A stretch of 64,000 nucleotides of DNA from Capsulimonadaceae bacterium (GTDB lineage Bacteria > Armatimonadota > Armatimonadia > Armatimonadales > Capsulimonadaceae). The position numbers and the translations under genes were made by a program. How positions within the stretch are numbered: the first letter of the stretch is position 1; every line of letters begins with the position of its first letter. Under the pieces are notes generated by a model. The model had not been told where the DNA came from and did not search any database. It saw only the letters and a program-made list of their open reading frames with translations. The DNA is taken from NCBI GenBank assembly GCA_965215505.1, contig OZ244065.1:3904001-3968000 (forward strand), written 5' to 3'. Below are positions 1 through 10,149 of this stretch, one piece after another.

Positions 1-2
1 CC

Positions 3-749
3 GCCCTCGCCCACCACGAGCGGTTCCACGCGCTGGAGAAAGAGGTCCTGGGCGACAACGCCGACAAGCGCCTTCAGGCCATGCTGGTCCAGATGGACGT
101 GGAGAAGGCGCAGAAGGAGGCGGACTTCAGCCGCCAGGAGGCCGAGCTGCACCGCCTGAAGACCGTGGAGCTTGCCCAGACCAATCAGGCCTTGCGGCAG
201 GCCATCGAGAACAACGAACAATTGGTGGAGGAATTGCGGGCGCAGGCGGACGAGCTTGAGCGCCAGGCCAGCCAGGACGGCCTGACCGGCCTGTACAACC
301 GGCGTTATTTGGAGGGCTGGCTCACCCGCGCCTTCGGCGACGCCAAGCGCGGCGGCCGGCCCCTGGCCGTCGCCCTGGCGGATGTGGACCACTTCAAAGG
401 CATCAACGACCGGTACGGCCACCAGACCGGCGACGAGGTGCTGATGACGGTCGCCCTCCTGCTGCGCCGGGCCTGCCGCGAGACGGACATCGCCGCCCGC
501 TACGGCGGCGAGGAGTTCCTGCTGGCCCTTGCCGGGACGGGCGCGGCCCACGCCGCCGCCGTCTGCGAGCGGGTCCGCTTGGAGATCGAGTCCCACCCAT
601 GGCACGAGATCCACCCTGGCCTCGCCGTGACCGTCAGCCTCGGCTTCTCGGACGACCTCAGCGCCCTCGACCACGAGCGGCTCCTCTCGCTGGCCGACGC
701 ATCTCTCTACGCGGCCAAGCGCGGCGGGCGCAACCGCGTCTGCGGCTAG
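3..749 (+). CDS. Diguanylate cyclase (GGDEF), 5'-truncated by window edge
   Basis: Frame is open from position 3; coiled coil then DGLTGLYNRR, DVDHFKGINDRYGH, RxxD I-site (RETD) and GGEEF. Confidence 0.93.
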   Translation, partial: ALAHHERFHALEKEVLGDNADKRLQAMLVQMDVEKAQKEADFSRQEAELHRLKTVELAQTNQALRQAIENNEQLVEELRAQADELERQASQDGLTGLYNRRYLEGWLTRAFGDAKRGGRPLAVALADVDHFKGINDRYGHQTGDEVLMTVALLLRRACRETDIAARYGGEEFLLALAGTGAAHAAAVCERVRLEIESHPWHEIHPGLAVTVSLGFSDDLSALDHERLLSLADASLYAAKRGGRNRVCG

Positions 750-787
750 GTGCCCCCTTCCGTCCCCCCGCCTGATGACCTCCGTGC

Positions 788-817
788 TTGACACCGACCC
801 CGCCGACGTGCTACCAT
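788..817 (+). promoter_or_regulatory. Sigma70-like promoter (TTGACA-N18-TACCAT with TG extension)
   Basis: TTGACA 788-793 and TGcTACCAT ending 817, just before ATG 824. Confidence 0.5.
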
Positions 818-823
818 TGCCGC

Positions 824-1102
824 ATGGCACTGCGCCTTTACATGGCTTTCGAGGCGATGATCCCCCTCCTGCTGATTGGGCTGGCTCTCCTCTACGCCGT
901 CTGGGCCTGGCGGGAGCGGCGGCGGAACGCCCCCTATGATCTGCGCCGCCTGCGCGACGCCCGCTACGAGGGGTGGCTCGCCCCCGGCGAGGAGCCGGAC
1001 GAGGGGCTTGTCACAGCCGAGAGCGGCCCGTACTGCTCCGCCTGCGACGAGTCCTACCCCGCCGGCACCCATTCCTGCCGCTACTGCCGCCGCCCGCTGT
1101 GA
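824..1102 (+). CDS. Small membrane protein with C-terminal zinc ribbon
   Basis: One hydrophobic helix followed by an Arg cluster; CSAC...CRYC pair; start could also be 842 or 857. Confidence 0.65.
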   Translation: MALRLYMAFEAMIPLLLIGLALLYAVWAWRERRRNAPYDLRRLRDARYEGWLAPGEEPDEGLVTAESGPYCSACDESYPAGTHSCRYCRRPL

Positions 1103-1130
1103 GGGCACCGGTCGTAACGGGGCTGAACTA

Positions 1131-1270
1131 GGACGAGTGAATGAATTCACTCGCTGAAGGGGACCTGTCCAGGGGACAGAAGAAACACGAGCGTCTTCAT
1201 CCTGTCCTGGTCCTGCTCTTTTGTCCCTTGGACAAATCCCACCGAAGCGAGTGATTTCAATCACTCGTCC
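1131..1270. repeat. MITE/REP-like foldback element (~140 bp)
   Basis: Terminal inverted repeats ggacgagtgaatgaattcactcgct / agcgagtgatttcaatcactcgtcc (23/25 match), each itself palindromic, plus internal inverted arms. Confidence 0.7.
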
Positions 1271-1508
1271 CTGCCGGCGTAGATCGGCGCGTGACACCAG
1301 CCGCCGGGTATGTCATCCCACATCATGTTGTGGTACACTAGGACCGAGTAGCAGCGAAGGCGGCACTCCTTCCAAGGCCCGTGACACATGTGCGCGGGCT
1401 TTTGTGTTTGTATAACTGCGCCCACGCGGGTCAAAACGGAACCTGACACGGCCCGCTGCGCGTAGGACACAATGACCTCCCGCACACAGAAAGAGAAACA
1501 CGACTCTG

Positions 1509-4322
1509 ATGCGTCACCTGCCTAAACTGCCCAAGACTCACCTGCCCAAAATATTGATCGCCCTGATGCTGGCCTGCGCCCCGCCCGCCGCCCATGCGGC
1601 GGCCCCGACGCCCGCCTACGGCGCTGTCGTCTCCCAGTCCTTTGACAAGGCCCAGATGACGACCGAGACGCATCTCGCGAACGGGCTGACGATCCTCTCC
1701 AAAGAGGTACACGCCGCGCCGGTCGTCTACTTCAGCGTCTACTACAAGGTCGGCTCGCGCAACGAGGTCAGCGGGCAGACCGGGCTTTCGCATATCCTGG
1801 AACACATGATGTTCAAGGGGACCAGCGACCTGCCGCCCGGCTCCATTGACCACCTGTTCCAGTCCAACGGCGGCCAGATCAACGCCTCGACCGGGCCGGA
1901 CTTCACCGAGTACCACGAGGAGGTCGCCGCCGACCGGCTGGAGCTTGCCGCCCGCATCGAGGCCGACCGGATGGAGGACTCCAAGTTTGATCCGACCGAA
2001 CTGGCCCACGAGATGACCGTCGTCCGCTCCGAACTCGAGGGCGACAATAACAGCCCCGGCTACGATCTATACTCCAACGTCTTCGAGCCGGCCGCCTTCA
2101 CCGCACACCCCTACCACTGGCCGGTCATCGGCTGGCGCACCGACGTCGAGGCCGTCGCCAACCGGCGCGACATCATCTACGGCTACTATAAGCGTCACTA
2201 TCTGCCCAACAACGCCGTCGTCGTCATGGTCGGCGACTTCGACACCAAGAAGGCACTCGCCATCTGCCAGAAATACTTCGGCGTCTACCCCGCCGGGACA
2301 CTGGAGAAGCGCACCATCACGCCCGAGCCGCCCCAGCGCGGCGAGCGGCGCGTCATCCTCAAGCGCCCCGGCACCACGCCCCAACTGCTGATCGGCTACC
2401 ACGTCCCCGCGACCGGCGACCCGGACCACCTGACCTTTGACGTCGTCTCGCAGATCCTGTCCGGCGGGCGCAGCGCGCGTCTCTACCAGGACTTGGTGGA
2501 GAAGGGCCTGGCCCAGTCGGCGGGCACGGGCAACAACGACCAGCGCGACCCGTCCCTGTTCGAGTTCGACGCCACGCCGAGCGCCAAGGTGGCCGTCGCG
2601 GATGTCGAGAAGGCCCTGGAGGACGAGGTCACCCGGCTCCAGACGACGCCGGTTTCCGACGAGGAGCTGGCCCGCGCCGTGCGCCAGATCAGCGCCGCCT
2701 TCGTCTACAACAACGACAGCGTGACCGCCCAGGCCGGGCAGCTCGGCACCTACGCCGCCATCAACCAGCCACGCTACCTGGATACCTACCTGGACAAGAT
2801 CAAGGCGGTGACGCCCGCCGACGTCCAGCGGGTCGCCAGAGAGTACCTGACGGTGGACAACCGCACCGTCGCCGCCTTCGACCCGCAGCCGCTCCCGCCG
2901 GGTGCGACTCCCCCGCCGCCGCCGGTCGTGGACAACTTCGGGTCTTCAAAGCCCGTCACCGACCCGCGCCAGAAGGCGGTTCTGGCCGCCCTGGACAAGA
3001 CATTCAACGGGCCGACCGCGACCTCGAAGGCCGCGCCGACCGCCAAGCCCACCCGCGTCGTTCTGCCGAACGGCATGGTCGTGATCGTCCAGGAAAACCA
3101 CGCCAACAAGACGGTCGCCCTGGACGGCCTGGTCCGGGCGGGCACCCTGTACGACCCCGACGGCAAGTACGGCCTGGCCGGGACCACGGCGGCCATGCTC
3201 GGGCGCGGCGCGGGCGGCAAGACCGCCTTGCAGCTCGCTTTGGCCCTGGAGTCCGTCGGCGCGGGCGTCGGAGTCGGGGCAAGCACCGAGGCGGCCGACA
3301 TCTCGGGGACCAGCCTGTCCCAAGACTTCCCGCTCCTGGTCACGACATTAGCCGACGAGCTGCGCCGGCCCACCTTCCCCGCCGACCAATTGGAGCGCCT
3401 GCGGGCGCAGACGCTCTCGGGCATCGAGGAGGCCCGCCAGGACACGGGCGGGACGGGCGGCGCGGGCAGCCAGGCGGAGATCGCCTTCGCCCAGGCCATC
3501 TACCCCAAGGGCCACCCCTACTGGGCGCCGAGCCTGGACCAGAGCGCGGCGGCGGCCAAGGCCATCACGCGGGACGACCTGGTGGCCTTCCACCAGACCT
3601 ACTACCGCCCGGACACGACCGTGCTGGTGGTCGTCGGCGACGTGAACGCCGCCGACGTCGTCCGCCAGATGCAGGCCGCCTTCGGCGACTGGGAGAAGCC
3701 CGCGACTCCCGCCCCGGCCCTGACCATCCCGGACGTCCCCGCGCCCACGGCCGCGCCCAAGCCGCAGATCATCGTCCTGCCGGACGCCCCGCAGACGAGC
3801 CTGCTGTTCGGCTATAACGGCGGCCTGAAGCGGGACGCGCCGGACTTCTATGCCGCCCAGATCATGAACTACGTCATCGGCGGCGACACCTTCGGCTCGC
3901 GCCTGGGCAAGATCATCCGCGACCAGAACGGCCTGGCCTACTCGGTCTACTCGTCCATCGACGCCCAGCACGGGGCCGGCCCCTTCCAGGTGTTCGTCGG
4001 CGCGAACCCCAAGAACGCCACGCGCGCCCTGTCCCTGCTGCGCCAGACTCTCTCCCAGGTGCGTCAGTACGGCATCACGCCCGACGAGGTCAGCCAGGCC
4101 AAGCTCTACTTGACCGGCGAGTACCCCCTGCGCCTGGAGACGAACGCGGGCGTGGCGAGCCAACTCGTCGCCGCCGAGGACTACGACTTGGGCCTGGACT
4201 ACATCCAGAAGCGCGCCGACTACTACAACGCCGTCACGCCCGCCCAGGTGAACGCCGCCGTCCAGAAGTACCTGCACCCCGACCAGGGCGTCCTGATCAT
4301 CGCGGGCGCGGCCCCGCAGTAG
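1509..4322 (+). CDS. Secreted M16 (pitrilysin/PqqL-like) zinc protease with two fused halves
   Basis: Signal peptide; inverted zincin motif HILEH with FKGT in the N-half; C-half lacks HxxEH and has SRL...R...GLAY. Confidence 0.93.
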   Translation: MRHLPKLPKTHLPKILIALMLACAPPAAHAAAPTPAYGAVVSQSFDKAQMTTETHLANGLTILSKEVHAAPVVYFSVYYKVGSRNEVSGQTGLSHILEHMMFKGTSDLPPGSIDHLFQSNGGQINASTGPDFTEYHEEVAADRLELAARIEADRMEDSKFDPTELAHEMTVVRSELEGDNNSPGYDLYSNVFEPAAFTAHPYHWPVIGWRTDVEAVANRRDIIYGYYKRHYLPNNAVVVMVGDFDTKKALAICQKYFGVYPAGTLEKRTITPEPPQRGERRVILKRPGTTPQLLIGYHVPATGDPDHLTFDVVSQILSGGRSARLYQDLVEKGLAQSAGTGNNDQRDPSLFEFDATPSAKVAVADVEKALEDEVTRLQTTPVSDEELARAVRQISAAFVYNNDSVTAQAGQLGTYAAINQPRYLDTYLDKIKAVTPADVQRVAREYLTVDNRTVAAFDPQPLPPGATPPPPPVVDNFGSSKPVTDPRQKAVLAALDKTFNGPTATSKAAPTAKPTRVVLPNGMVVIVQENHANKTVALDGLVRAGTLYDPDGKYGLAGTTAAMLGRGAGGKTALQLALALESVGAGVGVGASTEAADISGTSLSQDFPLLVTTLADELRRPTFPADQLERLRAQTLSGIEEARQDTGGTGGAGSQAEIAFAQAIYPKGHPYWAPSLDQSAAAAKAITRDDLVAFHQTYYRPDTTVLVVVGDVNAADVVRQMQAAFGDWEKPATPAPALTIPDVPAPTAAPKPQIIVLPDAPQTSLLFGYNGGLKRDAPDFYAAQIMNYVIGGDTFGSRLGKIIRDQNGLAYSVYSSIDAQHGAGPFQVFVGANPKNATRALSLLRQTLSQVRQYGITPDEVSQAKLYLTGEYPLRLETNAGVASQLVAAEDYDLGLDYIQKRADYYNAVTPAQVNAAVQKYLHPDQGVLIIAGAAPQ

Positions 4323-4344
4323 AGGCGGCACGCGGCGGACACAG

Positions 4345-4381
4345 AGACGGCCCGGAGGCATCGCCTCCGGGCCGTCTTTCT
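4345..4381 (+). terminator. Intrinsic terminator
   Basis: agacggcccggaggc-atc-gcctccgggccgtct hairpin followed by T-rich tail after the M16 stop. Confidence 0.7.
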
Positions 4382-4386
4382 GTCCC

Positions 4387-4414
4387 GTAGGGGCGCGATG
4401 AATCGCGCCCCTAC
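4387..4414. repeat. GTAG-type REP palindrome
   Basis: gtaggggcgcgatgaatcgcgcccctac, perfect 13-bp stem; relatives at 10836, 44500 and 44573. Confidence 0.8.
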
Positions 4415-4422
4415 ACCGGAGT

Positions 4423-4686
4423 TCAATCCCGCAGCGCCGTCAGCCCCGTGGCGCGGTCGCCGGTCTTGTCGGCGGTGGATGTCGGCTGGGCGGTGTCGTC
4501 CGCCGTCAGACCGCCGCCGGGTGCGGCGCTGCCCCGCACGTCGTTCATGTCGCTGCCGGGCGGCATCTCCGGGATGGCGTTCCCCTCGGTGATGGCACCG
4601 TGAGGAAGAACCTCCGTCTCGCCCAGGCCCGGTATGTGTTCGTCTTTGTCCAAATCCGCGTCCTTGATGATGTCTCCGTGTGCCAT
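4423..4686 (-). CDS. Small acidic, probably disordered protein (87 aa)
   Basis: MAHGDIIKDADLDKDEH...; GGGAG RBS upstream; C-terminal part of ORF 4423..5184. Confidence 0.65.
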   Translation of the reverse strand: MAHGDIIKDADLDKDEHIPGLGETEVLPHGAITEGNAIPEMPPGSDMNDVRGSAAPGGGLTADDTAQPTSTADKTGDRATGLTALRD

Positions 4687-4838
4687 GTCTTCTCCCCCGT
4701 TTCTTCGCTCCTCGCCTGCTGCTTGCAGAGTACCGCCGCCCGGCCCGATGCCAAACCCCCGCGCGGTTCGCGCGGACGCCGGAACGGGTAAGGGGAGAGC
4801 ATCAACTTGATCAGGCAGCATGATTGGAGGCCGCACAG

Positions 4839-5147
4839 ATGGTGGACAGCCGCACGAACCCAATGGACGTGGACCAGGTCGGCGACGATACCGTGGACGC
4901 CGAGATTCGCGGCGAGCAGGAGCCGCTGAAGATGCACGAGGCCGGGGCGACGCCCCCGCCCGGCTCGCTCGATGCGGCAGGGCCGGTGATGGACGCGGCG
5001 GGGAACAGCCAGGGCGACCCCGGCCGGGTCCCCGGCAGCCGCGACCCGGACGCGGCGGGCAGCCTGGAATCCGACGGCCGCCCCGAGAGCCGGGGCGGCG
5101 ACACGCCTTACGACGCGCAGGGGACGGCGGGGTCGGAAGGGGAGTAG
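4839..5147 (+). CDS. Small acidic, probably disordered protein
   Basis: GGAGG RBS at 4826-4830, ATG 4839; D/E/G/P-rich. Confidence 0.7.
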   Translation: MVDSRTNPMDVDQVGDDTVDAEIRGEQEPLKMHEAGATPPPGSLDAAGPVMDAAGNSQGDPGRVPGSRDPDAAGSLESDGRPESRGGDTPYDAQGTAGSEGE

Positions 5148-5157
5148 GAAGGGGAGG

Positions 5158-5330
5158 ACCCCCACCCCCCGCCCCTCCCTTCACCCCGCTCCGTTCCTAC
5201 GAGGGGCCGCAAGCGGGAGAGGGGAGTCAGATGTTAGGATGCGGATGAGGACGCATTTTCTATCCTTCCCCCTCCACCTTGTCCCTTCATGCCCCCCTCT
5301 CCCGCTTGCGGGGGCAGGGGGTGGGGGTCT
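5158..5330. repeat. REP-like inverted pair (CCCCTCTCCCGCTTGCGG class)
   Basis: ccgcaagcgggagagggg and cccctctcccgcttgcgg arms plus cccccacccc/ggggtggggg ends, between convergent genes. Confidence 0.55.
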
Positions 5331-5338
5331 TTTCTTAT

Positions 5339-7396
5339 CTACCCCCACGGGAACGGCGGCGCGGGGATGGTGTGGTCGGGCGAGATCTGGTGCGAGACCG
5401 CGTTCAGCAGGACGAAAAAGACCGCGATGCCGAACTCGCCCAGGACAAGCCCCAGGAAGAACGGGCGGGCCGAGCCGTAGACCCGCATGCCGCCGTAGCG
5501 GAGGATGACGGACTTGAAGGCCCAGGCCAGCAGGCAGGGGAACCAGAACTCGATCGTGCTCCACGAGCCGGACAGCGCGTAGCCCAGCGGGTGCAGGGGC
5601 CACCAGAAGAAGGCGGTCCGCATGAAGGTCAGGAAGGCGGTCATCGCCAGCCCGACGCCGAAAAACGTCGGCATCTGCCAGGACGCGCCGGTGGGCAGCA
5701 GGGCGTTCCCCTTGAAGTACTGGCCGTAGTCTATCAAGGTCAGGCCCGGACTGCCCTGCTCCATCCAGTAGTCCATGTGGCCGTTCGCGCCCAGGTGGTA
5801 CGGCAGATAGATGTTCAGCGGGACGGCCACGGCGAAGGCGATCACGACGCCCAACGCTAAAGCCCCGGCGAAGGCGCGGCGGCGGACGCGCGTCCCGTCC
5901 GAGATGCGGGCGGCGTCCAGCATCCCCGTCAGCAGCAGGCCGCGCTGGTCGCGCAGGAACAGGTTGTCGAAGAAGGCCAGCATCGTCAGGTTGGACCCGC
6001 CCAGGGCGTGGACCGGGGCCACCATCCGGTACAGGTCGATGGGCCGGAAGGTCGTCTCGGTCATCAGCATCCCCGCTTCGGCCGTCGAGCGCGCCATGAC
6101 CACGGCGACCACGAAGATGCAGACCAGCAGCTCGAACAGGGCGAGCCAGAGCGACATGCCGTTGACGCAGAGCCAGGCGGCCGAGGCGAGGATGCTGCCC
6201 AGCAGCCCCCAGACCGCCACCTGGTAGGGCAGCAGCTCGTCGGCGTCGTCGGCCCCGTCGTATCCGCCTGGGCGGCTCAGGGCGGCGGCCCAGACCCGGC
6301 GCAGGTGCGGGCGGGCGACCCAGAAGAAGTACCCGGTCAGGACGAAGTAGGCCCCGACCGTCTGGTAGCCGATGAACAGCGGCGGCGGGTAGGCGGGCAT
6401 GCCGGGCATCGGCTGGTTGAAGGAGATCATCACGATCTGCTCGACGCGCGAGACCAGGAAGAAGAACCAGATCGAGAACAGCACGTCGGCGGGCAGCAGG
6501 AAGAAGAAGCCGACGGCGGCGAACGACAGGATGAAGTAGACCTCGCCCGCCACCTGGTTCCAGGGCGGAGCCGTCACATAGTCGCTCATGTTCCACTGGA
6601 CCGGGACGTCCGGGACGGTCGGCTGGATCTGGTGCAGCCACTTGACCGTGTAGACGGCGACGGGCAGCAGGACGCCGAGCCACATGACCCGGTTGCGGAA
6701 GAAGGCGGGCCGGTCCTGGTCGCCCGCGATCTCTAGAGGCAATTGGGCCAGCGGGAAGGCCAGCTTCTCCGAGTCCACCCACTGCTTGCGGAGGATGGCG
6801 GTCAGGCAGAGGAAGGCGAACAGGACCAGGCCGGACAGCAGGCCCCAGTTCAGGACCGGGGACAGCCACGGCCCCCACGGAAGGGCCTCGCCGACGTGCA
6901 GCTTCTTGTAGTAGCCGTCCACGACCGGCTGCGGGCTGGCGTCGCCGGTGTCGTAGGGGACGAGGCCGGGGTGGAGGAACCGTTCGAACGTGTCGTGCCA
7001 GCCGTTCGTGTTGTCGGCGGCGTCGTGCGGGTAGACCAGGGCCGGGACCATCTTCTCCACCAGGCCGTGCGAGGCGGTCATGGCCCCCACCAGGCACATG
7101 CAGTAGATGACCAGCAGGTCCGAGGAGGTCAGGTCCCAGCGCCGGGCCAGCCGCGCGACGCCCCGGCTGACGGCGACGACCAGCAGCATCAGGCCCAGGG
7201 CGGCAGGCGGGAACTGCAAGTACCCGATCTTGATAGTTTGCAGCACCATCTCCGCCCAGGTCACCAGGAAAGCGGTGGCAGCCGCGCCCAGCGCGCCGAT
7301 GAGCAGGGCGCGGGCGCGCGGCCCGCCCTTGACGGCCTCATGCCGGGGCGCTCCGCCCGAGGATTCCCCGATCAGTTCCGTTTCCGCTCGCGCCAT
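5339..7396 (-). CDS. Polytopic membrane protein, DUF6785/DUF6784-like (putative transporter)
   Basis: Many TM helices; RKQWVDSEKLAFPLAQLP and WWPLHPLGY...RYGG...PFFLGLVLGE motifs. Confidence 0.75.
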   Translation of the reverse strand: MARAETELIGESSGGAPRHEAVKGGPRARALLIGALGAAATAFLVTWAEMVLQTIKIGYLQFPPAALGLMLLVVAVSRGVARLARRWDLTSSDLLVIYCMCLVGAMTASHGLVEKMVPALVYPHDAADNTNGWHDTFERFLHPGLVPYDTGDASPQPVVDGYYKKLHVGEALPWGPWLSPVLNWGLLSGLVLFAFLCLTAILRKQWVDSEKLAFPLAQLPLEIAGDQDRPAFFRNRVMWLGVLLPVAVYTVKWLHQIQPTVPDVPVQWNMSDYVTAPPWNQVAGEVYFILSFAAVGFFFLLPADVLFSIWFFFLVSRVEQIVMISFNQPMPGMPAYPPPLFIGYQTVGAYFVLTGYFFWVARPHLRRVWAAALSRPGGYDGADDADELLPYQVAVWGLLGSILASAAWLCVNGMSLWLALFELLVCIFVVAVVMARSTAEAGMLMTETTFRPIDLYRMVAPVHALGGSNLTMLAFFDNLFLRDQRGLLLTGMLDAARISDGTRVRRRAFAGALALGVVIAFAVAVPLNIYLPYHLGANGHMDYWMEQGSPGLTLIDYGQYFKGNALLPTGASWQMPTFFGVGLAMTAFLTFMRTAFFWWPLHPLGYALSGSWSTIEFWFPCLLAWAFKSVILRYGGMRVYGSARPFFLGLVLGEFGIAVFFVLLNAVSHQISPDHTIPAPPFPWG

Positions 7397-7425
7397 TGCG
7401 TCCCCTCTCGTCCGTGGCCCCGAGC

Positions 7426-8361
7426 CTATGGCTTCAAGTGCCGGGTGAGCCATTCAAGGGCCATCGCGCCATAGGTCTGCGGGTCGCCGGGGTTCAGGAA
7501 GCCGTGGCCCAGCTTGTACATCACCGCCAGCTCCGTCTCCACACCCGCCGCGTGCAGGGCGTCGGCCATCCGCTCCGACTGGTCGGGGGCGACCAGGGGG
7601 TCGTCCGTGCCGGTGATGATGAGCGTTGGGGCGGACTTCGCATCCGCCGAGAAGAGCGGCGAGGCGGCCCGCGCCTGGGCCGGGACGTCCTGCGGCTGCC
7701 CGCCGAGCAGGTCGTTCAGCACATGGGCGACATATTTCTGGCCGCCGGTCCGTGGCACGGTGGGCGTCGCGGTCGTCAGGTCGGACGGCCCGTAGAAGTC
7801 CACGACGCACTGGGCGCGGCTGCTCTGGGATGCCAGGGCCGAGTCGGCGTTGTCCCGCGTGTCGCGCGTCCCCAGGATCAAAGCCAGGTGCCCGCCCGCC
7901 GAGTCGCCCAGCGCGCCGAGCCGGGCCGGGTCAAGGTGGTACTCCCCCGCGCGGGCGCGCACCCACCGGGCCGCCCGCTGGACATCGTCCGCCTGGGCCG
8001 GGTAGCGGGCCGCCGGGGTCAGCCGGTAGTTGACCGAGAAGGCGACGAACCCGCGCGCGGCCAGCGCCCTGCCTAATGGGGCATAGAAGCCCTTGTCGCC
8101 GCCCTGCCAGCCCCCGCCGTGGATCAGTTCCACGGCCGGACGCGGCCCGGCGAAGCCGGCGGGCAGGTATACGTCCATCTTCTGCGCCGGGTCCGCGCCG
8201 TAGGCCAGGTCCGCGAGGACGCGCGGCTTGGCGTCCGGGGCGGCTGCCTGTGGAACGGCGGCTTGGGGGGCCGCCGGGGCGGAGAAGGCGGGGGAGATGC
8301 CGGCGGCGAGGCTCAAGAACCCGAGTGCCGTTGTTAGTCGAAGTGCGGTACGGTTTATCAT
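7426..8361 (-). CDS. Secreted alpha/beta hydrolase (HSL-like esterase/lipase)
   Basis: Signal peptide; HGGGW oxyanion motif, GDSAGG nucleophile, D (DPLV) and H (GHGF). Confidence 0.9.
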   Translation of the reverse strand: MINRTALRLTTALGFLSLAAGISPAFSAPAAPQAAVPQAAAPDAKPRVLADLAYGADPAQKMDVYLPAGFAGPRPAVELIHGGGWQGGDKGFYAPLGRALAARGFVAFSVNYRLTPAARYPAQADDVQRAARWVRARAGEYHLDPARLGALGDSAGGHLALILGTRDTRDNADSALASQSSRAQCVVDFYGPSDLTTATPTVPRTGGQKYVAHVLNDLLGGQPQDVPAQARAASPLFSADAKSAPTLIITGTDDPLVAPDQSERMADALHAAGVETELAVMYKLGHGFLNPGDPQTYGAMALEWLTRHLKP

Positions 8362-8522
8362 GGCATCCTTTGGCGCGTGGCGGCACTTGTGGTGCCCCTG
8401 TCGCAATGGCTCATTTTACCTGATGCCGCCCGGAAACCCGCCTCGCCCCGCCCCGTTTCGGGTAGAATGATGGGGGCAGCTCTGCCGCTGCCGCTGTTCC
8501 GCCGGAGACGACCACGATTTTC

Positions 8523-9347
8523 ATGCCCGTTTTCATGCCCGTCAGCCCTCTGCACTTGCTCCTCCTTTTCGCCGCCGCCTTCGTCGCGGGCGCGATCAAC
8601 TCCGTGGCGGGCGGCGGGACCCTGCTGACGTTCCCGACCCTGCTGGCCGTTCTGGGGGGCGTGCCGAACGGCTCGATCATCGCCAATGGGACCAGCACCG
8701 TCGCTCTCGTGCCAGGCTCCCTCAGCGCCTTCTGGGGCTACCGGGGGGAGATGCGCGGCGCGCGCCGTGAGCTGTGGACTATGGCGGTGCCGAGCCTGCT
8801 GGGCGGGGCTGTCGGCGCGTATCTTGCCACCCACGTCAGCGCGGGCCTGTTCAGCCGCCTCGTCCCCTGGCTGATCTTCCTGGCGACGTTCCTGTTTCTG
8901 ATCCAGGACTGGGTGCGGCGGCGGTTGAACAAGCCGGGTGCGCCGGAGCAGGACGCCCTGGACCCGCCCTCGGGCCGGCTGCCCCTCGGCGCGATGCTGT
9001 TCCAGTTCTTCGTCGCCGTCTACGGCGGCTTCTTCGGGGCGGGGATCGGCATCCTGATGCTGGCCGCGCTGGGCTTCCTGGGCCAGACCAACATCCACCG
9101 GATGAACGGCCTGAAGAACTTCGCCGCCGTCTGCATCAACGGGGTGGGGGCCTTGACCTTCATCCTGTACCGCCGGGTGGACTGGCCCCTGGCCGCGCTC
9201 ATGGCCGTCGCCGCCGTCCTGGGCGGCTTGGGCGGCGCGGGCCTGGCCCGCCGCGTCGGGCAGGCGAACGTCCGCCGCACGGTCATCGCCATCGGCCTGG
9301 TCTTCGGCGTGAACACGCTCCTGGGCCAGCTTCACATCAAACTCTGA
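8523..9347 (+). CDS. Sulfite exporter TauE/SafE family protein
   Basis: NSVAGGGTLLTFP and YGGFFGAGIGI motifs, multiple TM helices; start 8523 or 8535. Confidence 0.9.
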   Translation: MPVFMPVSPLHLLLLFAAAFVAGAINSVAGGGTLLTFPTLLAVLGGVPNGSIIANGTSTVALVPGSLSAFWGYRGEMRGARRELWTMAVPSLLGGAVGAYLATHVSAGLFSRLVPWLIFLATFLFLIQDWVRRRLNKPGAPEQDALDPPSGRLPLGAMLFQFFVAVYGGFFGAGIGILMLAALGFLGQTNIHRMNGLKNFAAVCINGVGALTFILYRRVDWPLAALMAVAAVLGGLGGAGLARRVGQANVRRTVIAIGLVFGVNTLLGQLHIKL

Positions 9348-9363
9348 AACGATCGGAGGTTCC

Positions 9364-10140
9364 ATGTCCCTGAAGATAGGACAAGCCGACTCGCCGGCCG
9401 AAGCGCCTGCGGGTCAATCCCCTGCGAAGAAGCACTGGTCGAGGTACATGGGCGAGAAGGTCCAGCAGCGATTCGTGGACTTCCGCGACGATTCGGAGCC
9501 GCGCTGGCCGGCCATCATCGCCCTCGTGGCCGGGGCCGGCCTGTTCGGCGTCCTGCCTAAAGTCCTGTCCTTCGGCCCGCGCTGGCTGCCCGCCGTCATC
9601 GTGGGCGTCCTGCTAGTGCCGACGCTGCTGACGCACCTGCGCGGGCACCATAACGTCAACCGCATCCTGGGACTCCTGGTCGCCGGAGTCGAGACGTTCT
9701 TCATGGTCGCCTCGCTCTTCAAACTGGTCGGCACGATGGTGGACCCGCACCTGGCATTACACAAGGAGTCCCCGGAGCGGCTGCTGCTCTCGGCGGGCGC
9801 GCTTTGGCTGACAAACGTCCTGGTGTTCGCCTTGTGGTACTGGCACCTGGACGCGGGCGGCCCCAACCAGCGCGACCAGCGGCCCGGCCACTGCCACGGG
9901 TCGTTCCTGTTCCCGCAGATGACCATGAGCGAGGAGCGGCTGGCCGAGTCGGGGCAGGCGAACTGGTCGCCGGGCTTCATGGACTATCTGTTCCTGGCCT
10001 TCAACTCCAGCACTGCCCTCTCGCCCGCCGACACGGCCGTCCTGTCGCGCTGGGCCAAGCTGCTGATGATGGTCCAGGCCGTCATTTCCCTGACTGTCAT
10101 CGCCGTCGTCGCGGCCCGCGCCATCAACACACTCAGCTAG
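9364..10140 (+). CDS. DUF1345-like membrane protein
   Basis: FALWYWHLDAGGP, FLFPQM and PGFMDYLFLAFNSSTALSPAD motifs; GGAGG RBS. Confidence 0.75.
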   Translation: MSLKIGQADSPAEAPAGQSPAKKHWSRYMGEKVQQRFVDFRDDSEPRWPAIIALVAGAGLFGVLPKVLSFGPRWLPAVIVGVLLVPTLLTHLRGHHNVNRILGLLVAGVETFFMVASLFKLVGTMVDPHLALHKESPERLLLSAGALWLTNVLVFALWYWHLDAGGPNQRDQRPGHCHGSFLFPQMTMSEERLAESGQANWSPGFMDYLFLAFNSSTALSPADTAVLSRWAKLLMMVQAVISLTVIAVVAARAINTLS

Positions 10141-10149
10141 GAGAACTCC

